From: Bdellovibrionota bacterium
Lineage (GTDB): Bacteria > Bdellovibrionota > UBA1018 > UBA923
Reading direction: 5' to 3'
Assembly: GCA_040754655.1 (NCBI GenBank)
Contig: JBFMCE010000022.1
Coordinates: 1-42,872, forward strand
Length of the DNA stretch: 42,872 nucleotides
The notes under the pieces: model-generated
Databases searched by the model: none
Told to the model about the DNA's origin: nothing
The model's input: the letters and a program-made list of their open reading frames with translations, nothing else
Position numbers and translations under genes: made by a program
In this document: positions 28,251 to 36,573 of the stretch, one piece after another
How positions within the stretch are numbered: the stretch's first letter is position 1
Layout of the letters: every line of letters starts with the position of its first letter

Positions 28251-29144
28251 TCAGCTTTCAGCAATTCGAATGCCAGATTCTTTCAGTTTTTCAGGCCACA
28301 AAAAAACATTGTCGATCAGCCGTGTCTTCTCGAGGTGAGCGGCCAAAGCAATGAGCCAGGATCGCGAGTCGTCAAGGGGACCGTCAGCAGTTTTGAAGTC
28401 TGGCAAACAGACGCAGTCCAAATATTGAACTTTAAAACCCAGCTGGTTGAGGTCTTCTCGCGCTTTCTCAAGAGTCGGGCCGAGAGGCGCTTTCGCCTGA
28501 AGCAACGCGCGAAGGTTTGTCAGGCAACGGTAAAGCGCTGGTGCAGTTTCCCTTGCCTGTGGAGAGAGATAAGAATTGCGCGAGCTCATGGCGAGTCCAT
28601 CGGGTTCGCGTACGGTAGGAACTCCGACGATTTGAGCGGGTAAATTCAAATCACGCGCCATTTGATTTAAGACAAAAAACTGTTGGGCGTCTTTGAGCCC
28701 AAAGTAAGACAGTGTCGGTTGAACCAGGTTGAAAAGTTTTAAAACCACTGTTGTGACGCCGCGAAAATGGCCGGGCCTGAATCTTCCGCACAGAGGTTTT
28801 GAGATCTCGGTTTCTTCAACGAAAGTAGAATAACCTTGAGGGTAGATCTCGTCTGGAGTCGGGGCAAAAACGGCATCGACGCCACATTCTTTGGCGATCT
28901 CGAGGTCGCGTTCAAGCGTGCGGGGATACTTTGCAAGATCCTCATTGGGACCGAATTGGGTGGGATTCACAAAAATTGAAAGCACGGAAGTCTCGCACTC
29001 CAAGCGGGCTTTTTTGAGAAGAGTCGCGTGTCCCTGGTGCAGAGCGCCCATAGTGGGTACGAAACCCACCCGTTTATTTGCGAGAGTGCTGCGCCACTCA
29101 CGCAGCGCTTGGGCTTTGTGAAAGACTTTAATGGCTGAGCTCAT
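28251..29144 (-). CDS. panC: Pantoate--beta-alanine ligase
   Basis: GFVPTMGALHQGH, SIFVNPTQF, RPGHFRGV, FGLKDAQQ, REPDGLAMSSRN, RLIDN; ATG 29144 overlaps the end of coaBC. Confidence 0.97.
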   Translation of the reverse strand: MSSAIKVFHKAQALREWRSTLANKRVGFVPTMGALHQGHATLLKKARLECETSVLSIFVNPTQFGPNEDLAKYPRTLERDLEIAKECGVDAVFAPTPDEIYPQGYSTFVEETEISKPLCGRFRPGHFRGVTTVVLKLFNLVQPTLSYFGLKDAQQFFVLNQMARDLNLPAQIVGVPTVREPDGLAMSSRNSYLSPQARETAPALYRCLTNLRALLQAKAPLGPTLEKAREDLNQLGFKVQYLDCVCLPDFKTADGPLDDSRSWLIALAAHLEKTRLIDNVFLWPEKLKESGIRIAES

Positions 29145-30381
29145 TGGTGCTCCTAAGGCTTGGCGTGTTTTGAGTGCGGTCGATGAGACCCAGTAGGATT
29201 CTAGCCAATTCCGTTTTTGAATGAGTGCCGATCGGTGTGAGTTCATTTTTCGTAATCCAGAAACCTGAGTTCTCTAGGCTCTCAAAACCTTGATGGGATT
29301 GTGAGACGTCATTGGCAAAGACCGCATCGCAGCCTTTGGCCGAAAGTTTTTGGCGCGCGTATTCTACGATGTCACGGGTTTCAGCGGCAAAACCGATGAC
29401 CTTCTGGTTTCTTTCCCTACGGCGCGAGACTTCCGCCAGGATGTCGAGGTTCTCACGCAGCTTTAGAGAAGGAATGAGCGTCCCTTTTTTTAGTTTTTCT
29501 TGATGAGGATTATCGATATCCCAATCTAAAACGGCAGCAGCACCAATGTAGACATCTGCACTTGGCCAAAGTTCAAGCACAGCTTGGGCCATCTCTTGAG
29601 CTGTGGTGACCGATATTTTTTTTGCTGACCGAGGAAGCTCGACCGTGGTGGGCCCGCAGATCGCCGTTACTTTATGCCCGCGTTGCACGGCTGCCCAGAC
29701 AAGAGCCGCTCCCATAAGTCCACTTGAGCGGTTTGAGAAGTAGCGTACCGGATCGACGGGGCTGCGAGTGGGACCCAGTGAAATCAAAAGGCGCTCATTC
29801 TTAGGTGTTGCATGAAAACTCTCTGCCACCTGTTCGCAGATCTGGTCGGGTTCAACCATTCTTCCCAGGCCTTCTTCTCCGCAGGCGGTGGCGCCGCTCG
29901 CGGGTCCAAGGAAACGAACGCCACGTGTTTTTAGTCTTTCAATGTTTTCTTGTGTCGCGGGGTTTGAGTACATCTGCGGATTCATCGCGGGAGAGATGCA
30001 AATCGGTCCTTGAAACGCGAGAAGCTCAGTAGTGAGCAAGTCATCCGCGAATCCGTGGGAAAGCTTTGCGATCGTATTTGCGGTTGCGGGGGCGATGAGC
30101 GCAAGGTCAGCCCAGCGGGCGGTGTCGATGTGGTGCGTGCCTTGGGTGGATTGTTCCCAGAGTGAACCCAGTACGGGGTTTTGAGACAAAGTTTCAAGCG
30201 TGACTTTGGTGACGAATTTCTCGGCCGATTCGGTCAGTACGACCCTGACTTCCGCACCACAATCTCGAAACAGCCGAATCAGTTCGCAAGATTTGTAGGC
30301 TGCGATGCTGCCTGTGACGCCTAGGAGGATCTTCTTGTCTTTGAGGACGAACCTCAAATTATCTCGAACGAATGGAGTCAT
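29128..30381 (-). CDS. coaBC: Bifunctional phosphopantothenoylcysteine decarboxylase/ligase
   Basis: GVTGSIAAYK, APATANTIAK, PAMN, ACGEEGLGRM, DPVRYFSNRSSG.MG, GFAAET. True start may be TTG 30357. Confidence 0.97.
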   Translation of the reverse strand: MTPFVRDNLRFVLKDKKILLGVTGSIAAYKSCELIRLFRDCGAEVRVVLTESAEKFVTKVTLETLSQNPVLGSLWEQSTQGTHHIDTARWADLALIAPATANTIAKLSHGFADDLLTTELLAFQGPICISPAMNPQMYSNPATQENIERLKTRGVRFLGPASGATACGEEGLGRMVEPDQICEQVAESFHATPKNERLLISLGPTRSPVDPVRYFSNRSSGLMGAALVWAAVQRGHKVTAICGPTTVELPRSAKKISVTTAQEMAQAVLELWPSADVYIGAAAVLDWDIDNPHQEKLKKGTLIPSLKLRENLDILAEVSRRRERNQKVIGFAAETRDIVEYARQKLSAKGCDAVFANDVSQSHQGFESLENSGFWITKNELTPIGTHSKTELARILLGLIDRTQNTPSLRSTNELSH

Positions 30382-31153
30382 AAAGAAAGGCGATTCCTTT
30401 CAAGGTCAAATCCGCGTCGAAATGGTTGATTTGCGTCGTGAGCCCTTTGAGCAGCTGACTGATCCCGCCGGTGGCGACAACCATGGGCTCAAGCGGTTTG
30501 AGTTCTTTTTTAAAACGCTCTACCATCCCATCAATCATCGACGCATATCCAAGCAAGATGCCTGATCTTAGGGCTTCCTGCGTACTTCCGCCAATGGCTC
30601 GCTCTGGAGGAACAAGCTCAACGGCAAAAAGCTTCGCCGTGTTTTTTGCGAGAGTCTCGATCGAAAGTTCGATCCCCGGCATGATCGCGCCACCGAGGTA
30701 TTCTTGTTCTGCCGAAATGGCGCAGAGAGTGGTTGCCGTGCCCGAGTCTATGATGATGGCGGGCGCACCGTAGATGCGGATTGCAGCCTCTGAATTCACC
30801 AACCGGTCAGCGCCCACTTGCCCAGGAGGATCCGCTTTGATTCGAAATGAAAAAGGCGAGGTGTGGTCTAGAAACGAAATGGCTTGATCTCGAAAGGCGT
30901 TTCTCAGCATTGCCGTGAAAGAGGGCACCACCGAAGAGACGACGGTCGCGCTGAATGCCTTGATGTCCAGGCCTTCAAGTTTAAGCAAGGTGTAGAGTTT
31001 CGTCCTGAACTCATCTGCCGTGCAAATCGGGTGAGTAGAAAGGCGCCAAGTCTTTTTTAACGAGAGGCTTGGGCCTTTTGGGTCGCGTTGCCCTGCGGAC
31101 CAAAAGCATCCCAGAACGGTATGAGTGTTTCCGACGTCAATGGCTAGGAGCAT
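30359..31153 (-). CDS. coaX: Type III pantothenate kinase
   Basis: IDVGNT, SSVVP, VGADR, DSGTATT, GGAIMPG, VVATGG, LTLKG. Confidence 0.97.
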   Translation of the reverse strand: MLLAIDVGNTHTVLGCFWSAGQRDPKGPSLSLKKTWRLSTHPICTADEFRTKLYTLLKLEGLDIKAFSATVVSSVVPSFTAMLRNAFRDQAISFLDHTSPFSFRIKADPPGQVGADRLVNSEAAIRIYGAPAIIIDSGTATTLCAISAEQEYLGGAIMPGIELSIETLAKNTAKLFAVELVPPERAIGGSTQEALRSGILLGYASMIDGMVERFKKELKPLEPMVVATGGISQLLKGLTTQINHFDADLTLKGIAFLYDSIRSR

Positions 31154-31958
31154 GCTTTGATTCTCCGGTATTCAGGTCTGCCTTAGTGCGCGAGATGAAT
31201 TGTCTTGCGGCATCCTTTAGATCTTCTCGTAGTTCAGCCACCGGATTCACAAAGCGCGGCACGTGTCCCAAGGTGAGGCCCACCAAATCATGGATCACAA
31301 GGACTTGTCCATCGCAAGCGTTGCCAGAACCTATGCCGATCGTGGGGACCGAAGCTGCATTTGTGATCTCTGCCGCAAGCGAGGGCTCGATGCATTCAAG
31401 AACGATGGCAAAAGCACCCGCTTCGCTTAACGCAAGCGCGGATTCCTTGAGGTAGTTCTGCTCGTGGAGGTTCTTCCCATGCATGCGGTAAGTGCCAAGC
31501 GCATGAATGCTTTGCGGAGTAAGCCCAATGTGCGCCATCACCGGAACTCCCGCTCTCGCAAGGGCTCGCACTGTCTCGGCGTACTCAAGGCCGCCTTCCA
31601 GCTTGACCGCTTGGGCCTGAGCTTCTTTGAGGAAGCGCCCGGCGTTCTCTAAGGCCTTTTCCTGACTCACTTGATAACTCATGAAGGGCATATCGCCCAC
31701 GACAAGAGCCCTTTTGGCTGCCCTAGTTACGGCTTTGGCGTGTCTGAGCATGTCTTCCATTGTCACTGAAAGCGTATTGGGTTCGCCATAAACTACGGTG
31801 GCGAGACTGTCTCCCACGAGTAAGATCTCAACACCTGTTTCATCGAGCAGAGCCGCCGTGGGATAGTCGTAGGCAGTAAGCATGGTGAGCTTTTGTTTGC
31901 CTTTCTGGTTCCGAATCCAGGGAACAGTGATCGCTTTAACACTCAGTGAGCTGCTCAT
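31137..31958 (-). CDS. panB: 3-methyl-2-oxobutanoate hydroxymethyltransferase
   Basis: LTAYD, LVGDSL, DMPF, VKLEGG, HIGLTPQ, TIGIGSG, DGQVLV. Confidence 0.98.
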   Translation of the reverse strand: MSSSLSVKAITVPWIRNQKGKQKLTMLTAYDYPTAALLDETGVEILLVGDSLATVVYGEPNTLSVTMEDMLRHAKAVTRAAKRALVVGDMPFMSYQVSQEKALENAGRFLKEAQAQAVKLEGGLEYAETVRALARAGVPVMAHIGLTPQSIHALGTYRMHGKNLHEQNYLKESALALSEAGAFAIVLECIEPSLAAEITNAASVPTIGIGSGNACDGQVLVIHDLVGLTLGHVPRFVNPVAELREDLKDAARQFISRTKADLNTGESKHAPSH

Positions 31959-32905
31959 GATTTTTGTGGTTCGCTTTCTTTGAAAAGGTTGCGTTCAAGC
32001 TCTTCGAGCTTGCTTCGAAAAATCTCCGCTTTGTCTTTCCACTGTGGGCTGCGCATTTGCCTTACGAACTCGCCGTTTGTGATCGTGTTGAGTTGCGAGT
32101 CAAAGACCGAAGGCGCATCAGACTGGTAGAGTGCTTCGCGCATTAGAGTTGCCCCGCATTGGGCAGCCGGACTGATCGCCTTGAAAGTCGCGGCGGGACC
32201 TCGTTCTTTGATGAGGCTCGCGATCAATTCAAGCTCAGTGAAGCATTCTTCTCGAATCAGTCGCTCTGGTATGCCCGCCTTTTGCATTTTCTCTAAGGTC
32301 CATTCTAGAAGGGTGAAAACCCCTCCGCAAAGAAGACCCTGTTCCGAAATCAGATCGCCAATAGCTTCTTGCTCAAAGGTTGCGCCGATTAGATTCGATT
32401 CAGAAAAGCCTAAACTCTTCGCAAGCCTCAAGAGAAGCCCTCTTGCATGAGGCGACTGGGCGTAAAACCCCGCCCCTAAACCATGCGGGCGGGGATGGTG
32501 TTTCTGAAACTCGCCCAGCAGGCGCGGACCTACGGCCTTCGGAGCCAGAAGCGCAAGCTCGTGTTGCGGGTTTTTCACGGTGAGTTCATTGGAATAGACG
32601 GCGTAACCATGAGCCAAGATGAGCAGAAGTTTCTGGTCGAGTCTCGCGAGCACTTCTTGATAGATCATGCCAATCTTGTGATCCGGGCAAAGAAAAGCAA
32701 CGGCTTGAAGCGTGGTTGTAGCGGCAAGCGCATGAGGCAAGTCCGCGAGCAGACGAGAAGAAAAGCCTTTTGCTACCGCGCGTCCAAAGGAAGGGCTTTT
32801 GCGATCATGCAAATAGACGTGCACCTCAAGCCCTTGGGTGCGCAATGCCTCGGCCCAAGCGCTTGCTTGACTGCCAAATCCGATGAGATGTATGTCTTGC
32901 TTCAC
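31955..32905 (-). CDS. Divergent ketol-acid reductoisomerase (IlvC-like), probably serving as ketopantoate reductase
   Basis: IGFGSQA, HGY, APK, TFEQE...DLISEQGLLCGG, EECFTELELI, IS match the class I KARI layout; first gene of the pan/coa operon with ATGA overlap to panB. Confidence 0.8.
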   Translation of the reverse strand: MKQDIHLIGFGSQASAWAEALRTQGLEVHVYLHDRKSPSFGRAVAKGFSSRLLADLPHALAATTTLQAVAFLCPDHKIGMIYQEVLARLDQKLLLILAHGYAVYSNELTVKNPQHELALLAPKAVGPRLLGEFQKHHPRPHGLGAGFYAQSPHARGLLLRLAKSLGFSESNLIGATFEQEAIGDLISEQGLLCGGVFTLLEWTLEKMQKAGIPERLIREECFTELELIASLIKERGPAATFKAISPAAQCGATLMREALYQSDAPSVFDSQLNTITNGEFVRQMRSPQWKDKAEIFRSKLEELERNLFKESEPQKS

Positions 32906-32944
32906 GCGCGCTCCTTGAGCCGGTTGAGTTCTGAATAGCCTGCT

Positions 32945-32960
32945 TTTTAAAGCTTTAAAA
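32945..32960. promoter_or_regulatory. Perfect 16-bp palindrome in the divergent IlvC-like/panD promoter region, candidate operator
   Basis: TTTTAAAGCTTTAAAA. Confidence 0.4.
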
Positions 32961-33000
32961 CACGGTACTAGAGCTGTTTTCTACCATTGATGGAGATCCA

Positions 33001-33357
33001 GTGCAACGCACGCTACTCAAGTCGAAAGTTTATCGCCTTAAAGTCACTCACGTCGAGCCGGCTTTAGAGGAATGCTTAAAGATCGACCGCGAGATTTTGC
33101 GGGGAGCAGATATCTGGCCGTTTGAACGGGTGGAAGTTTACAATCATGAAAATGGGGCAAGATTTTCGACTGTCGTGCAGCCGGTCGATCAGCCTGTTGG
33201 TGGGGTAGTCTTGGGGGGAGCGGCTTCAAATCTTGTGCAACGAGGTCATCTTATTACAGTGGTGGCCTTTGTTTCATTGAGTGAGCAAGATCTTCTGCGG
33301 TACAGCCCGAAGGTTGTTCGCGTGAATTCAGAGAATCGAGTCATGCCCAAGGATTGA
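33001..33357 (+). CDS. panD: Aspartate 1-decarboxylase homologue with substituted processing and catalytic residues
   Basis: RTLLKSK..R..VT, ID, E.V.V.N..NGARFST, GAA, V..G align ungapped to PanD, but Gly24-Ser25 reads Glu-Cys; GGAG RBS before GTG. Confidence 0.85.
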   Translation: MQRTLLKSKVYRLKVTHVEPALEECLKIDREILRGADIWPFERVEVYNHENGARFSTVVQPVDQPVGGVVLGGAASNLVQRGHLITVVAFVSLSEQDLLRYSPKVVRVNSENRVMPKD

Positions 33358-33516
33358 GTCCAAATCTTCAACGTGCTGATCCCATCAAAATCAGCGCATT
33401 TTACTGTAAAGACTTTATACTCAAAGCAGCTATCGAAATTGTCTAAGTTTTTGACATGCGTTCAACAGCTCTCCAAAACTAGTCAGATAAAGTTAAGTAA
33501 AAACAATAGTTTATAC

Positions 33517-33532
33517 TGGCACCCTCATTGCA
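33517..33532 (+). promoter_or_regulatory. Sigma54 -24/-12 promoter
   Basis: TGGCAC-CCTCA-TTGCA, an exact match to TGGCAC-N5-TTGCW, 33 nt before ATG 33566. Confidence 0.85.
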
Positions 33533-33565
33533 ATGCTTAGTGTCAAGAGAGACAGAGAGGGAGTT

Positions 33566-34723
33566 ATGAAGAGTAAAGTATTCTATTATTTATTGGCTTT
33601 AGGATTAGCCACCGCCGTACCGGTGATGGCACAGGCTCAGGAAGAACAGCTGGCCCTGCCAGACGAAGAGGCAGGCCTTGAGGTGGGTGAAACCACGATT
33701 ACGTATGGCGAAGAGTCCCAATCACCTGCAAAAAAGGAAGAGAATCCGAAGAATCCCGCACCTGTATGGACTAAAAGACTTCTCGATAAGAGCGGATGGG
33801 GCGGAGGCGTTGGATATTCCATCAGCTCAGAGCCTGGCGCTAAATTTAATGGCGTGGAATTCAGAGGTGGTTACCGAGATCGCTTCGGCGGATCCCCTAC
33901 CAACGGTTCAAAATTCGAGGCCATTTTAGGCTTAGAACAAGAAGGATGGGTCACTCCCGGAATTAACGCAGAGTATCGCCTGCGTTTTCTAGACAAGGGT
34001 CTGGAAACAAGCGCCGATCTCGTGGGTTTATTCACCATCGGTGGACGTGGGCGTACGAATCTTGCGACGAAAACCGGCGTGGGTGAAGTCATCGCAGCTG
34101 TCGGTCCCATGTTTTGCACTAAAGACCCTGCGAAGCTGTGCGTGCGTTTGTTAGGCACGGCTGGAGGTCGTTATTTCAGAGAAATAGTGGGATCTGATGA
34201 TTTTAGAGAAAAGATTGGATCAAAACTAGAGAAAGTGGATCACACATTGGGTTTCGGAGGCGCTGACTTGGGTTTTGGACTTCAGCTTCCTGGGCTCAAC
34301 GCTTTGGGCGGTCTTATTCGGTTTGTCGCTATAGATGCAGACCTCAAGTGGTTGTATCAATCAAACCCTGATAAAGCAGGAGCGCCTGTGAAAGACGCCC
34401 TTACCCTTATAGGTGAGATTGAGGTCGGGATATTCAACTTTATGAGCCTCCTTATACAAGGCGACTATACTTCAACGCAGATTCGACAGCCTGATCTTCC
34501 TGAAGTGCGCAACGAGGCCGGAGAAGTCGTTGAAGCAGCGCGTGCACAAAGTCCAAAAAACGTTCCTAACGGAAGATTTAATGCATCCATGTTGTTCCGT
34601 GACTTTGTTGAATCTGATATCGATGCAATGAAAAAGAAACAGCAGCGCGAAACCGACGAAGTCAACGAAGAGGTTGCCAAGGCTGTCGATGAATCTGGTG
34701 GCGCAAGCTACGATCGCGACTAA
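33566..34723 (+). CDS. Hypothetical exported protein, possibly beta-strand-rich outer membrane protein
   Basis: GAGGGAG RBS, signal peptide ending AQA, acidic N- and C-termini, amphipathic Gly/aromatic strands in the middle. Confidence 0.72.
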   Translation: MKSKVFYYLLALGLATAVPVMAQAQEEQLALPDEEAGLEVGETTITYGEESQSPAKKEENPKNPAPVWTKRLLDKSGWGGGVGYSISSEPGAKFNGVEFRGGYRDRFGGSPTNGSKFEAILGLEQEGWVTPGINAEYRLRFLDKGLETSADLVGLFTIGGRGRTNLATKTGVGEVIAAVGPMFCTKDPAKLCVRLLGTAGGRYFREIVGSDDFREKIGSKLEKVDHTLGFGGADLGFGLQLPGLNALGGLIRFVAIDADLKWLYQSNPDKAGAPVKDALTLIGEIEVGIFNFMSLLIQGDYTSTQIRQPDLPEVRNEAGEVVEAARAQSPKNVPNGRFNASMLFRDFVESDIDAMKKKQQRETDEVNEEVAKAVDESGGASYDRD

Positions 34724-34775
34724 GTCTTAAGATCACGACCCTTTATGTCTCTTGAAGAAGTGGTAGAGGTACCGT

Positions 34776-35609
34776 ATGCGGTATGTCTACCACTTCGAGT
34801 TTTGTGAGCGCCCCGAAATGCCGGAATGGCTTCGGGGCGATTTTTTTAGATCTCTAGGATGGCTACAGAAATCGTTTGGCCTGCACCAGGTGTTGAAGAA
34901 AAACGTCGCTCAGATCTTAGAGGAGCTTTCCGTCGCTCAAGTCATCGAGCTTGGAAGCGGCAGTGGAGAGGCGCTTGTGGCGTTAAGTCAAGGAGTGCAG
35001 AACCGTGAGGTTCGGTTTTTTGCCACCGACCGTTTCCCGAAAGTAGGCTTATGGGAGCGGTGCTTTTCTAGCCATAAACAAATAGAGTTTATAACGTCAC
35101 CCGTGTCCTTTGAAAGTGTCGGCAGTGGCCTGAAGAGTTCACGTGAGTTGCCCTCTCAGGACAAGGGCACTCACATTAAAAATTTGCCCAACGCCGCGCT
35201 GCTTCTCATCTCTACTCTCCACCATGCAGACCCCAAGCAGACGAGGTTGTTTTTTGAACAGGTAGCTGGGCTTAAGATGAGTATCGTCATTGTCGAGCCT
35301 TTAGAACGAAACATCCGGGGGGCGTTGCTCGGACTTTTTGCCGGGGTGCCATCGCTTCTTGTCCCTCTATTTTTTAAGGGAATTGCAGTAAAAGAGCGTC
35401 TCCGATTTTTCTTTTTGCATTGGATCATTCCCGTGGTTCCCTTCGTTCTTTCTCATGATGGTCTTGTTAGCGCACTCCGCCAACGTCGAGAAGTAGAGTG
35501 GAGAGAGCTGACCCAAGGATTGCCCTACCAGCTGCACTTCCAAGATCGGTTAGGACCTTTGAGAAACTTCTCAGTTTTAACGCTGCGTTACGTCGGCGAT
35601 GGAAAGTGA
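34776..35609 (+). CDS. Class I SAM-dependent methyltransferase-like protein
   Basis: IELGSGSG motif I, ATDRFP, LHH, C-terminal HDGLVSALR; hydrophobic segments suggest membrane association. Confidence 0.75.
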   Translation: MRYVYHFEFCERPEMPEWLRGDFFRSLGWLQKSFGLHQVLKKNVAQILEELSVAQVIELGSGSGEALVALSQGVQNREVRFFATDRFPKVGLWERCFSSHKQIEFITSPVSFESVGSGLKSSRELPSQDKGTHIKNLPNAALLLISTLHHADPKQTRLFFEQVAGLKMSIVIVEPLERNIRGALLGLFAGVPSLLVPLFFKGIAVKERLRFFFLHWIIPVVPFVLSHDGLVSALRQRREVEWRELTQGLPYQLHFQDRLGPLRNFSVLTLRYVGDGK

Positions 35610-35835
35610 GTCGCCGTTTGAGCTGGACTAAGGAGGGTATCATTGAAGCCCTTACACAAACCCCTTCATCCCAAAACACGCACCTAAAACCACCAGTCAG
35701 TGCCACTTTCACCTGTACGCCAGTGTCAAAATGAACCACTGGGATTGCACTGCCACTGGTGTAAAATTTAGAAATTCGAATATAATTCAATGAAAAGACA
35801 GGAAGTTTAGATCAGGTGGAAAGGCCTAAGCCACT

Positions 35836-35851
35836 TGGCCCGCAGCTTGCG
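35836..35851 (+). promoter_or_regulatory. Probable sigma54 -24/-12 promoter
   Basis: TGGC-CCGCAGC-TTGC with correct GG-N10-GC spacing, about 90 nt before ATG 35940 (GAGGAGG RBS). Confidence 0.65.
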
Positions 35852-35939
35852 AGAGGCCACTCACAGGTGGGGCGCAGGGATTAGCGCAAAGAAGAAACAG
35901 CTCAATTTGGATGCGAGCTCAAACGAGGAGGTTTAGCGC

Positions 35940-36527
35940 ATGAAAGCAGTGACTCAGAAATGGAATGAAAAACGAAAAGGCGGTGTTTCAATTCTCGGAA
36001 CCACAGCACTCATTGTGTCGTTGGGTTTCTTGAGCGTGCTGGCCTTGATCGCGGTTCATCGCCAGGCTCACGCAGCGGTGCCGAAGACCACGATCGGCGC
36101 ATTCAAAGCAAAAGCGGGAGACTTGGGTTATGCATGTCCTGACCGTCTTTCGAGCCTCTATCTCTCGGGATCATTTTTGATGCCGGGTAATGGCGAGCAA
36201 ATGAACTTGTGGGTGGGTAAACCTGGTTGGGAGCAGAAGACTCCGAATGAAGTTTGGGGAGTGGTCGGAAAATCATCTGGAGGCGAGTGCGAAGCTGTTT
36301 GCAAAGTCACTCGCTTTGAGCGTTTTCAGAAAGACCTGCAGCCCGCTTTGATGGAGCTGGATTGCGAGGGCATGCGCATTAAAACGCTAAGGATGCCGGT
36401 GCATGTGCAGTGGGTTCGAGAGAAGAACCGCTTCCAGACCGTGCTCAGAATGGGAAGCAGCATTTACGGCATGGAAGAAGCCAAGCTTCGCATTCAAGTG
36501 AACCGTTACGAGGTAGCATCAAAGTAA
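35940..36527 (+). CDS. Hypothetical exported protein
   Basis: Strong RBS, long signal-like N-terminus ending AHA, four Cys. Confidence 0.75.
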   Translation: MKAVTQKWNEKRKGGVSILGTTALIVSLGFLSVLALIAVHRQAHAAVPKTTIGAFKAKAGDLGYACPDRLSSLYLSGSFLMPGNGEQMNLWVGKPGWEQKTPNEVWGVVGKSSGGECEAVCKVTRFERFQKDLQPALMELDCEGMRIKTLRMPVHVQWVREKNRFQTVLRMGSSIYGMEEAKLRIQVNRYEVASK

Positions 36528-36573
36528 GCTTTGCTGCTATACTAGGCGCTCACACACTATCGAAAGGGCGCCT

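Noticed and set aside
35852..35939. c-di-GMP-I riboswitch in the 5' leader
   Set aside because: Lacks the GGCAAAC...GAAA...GACGCAAAG arrangement; only short chance stems
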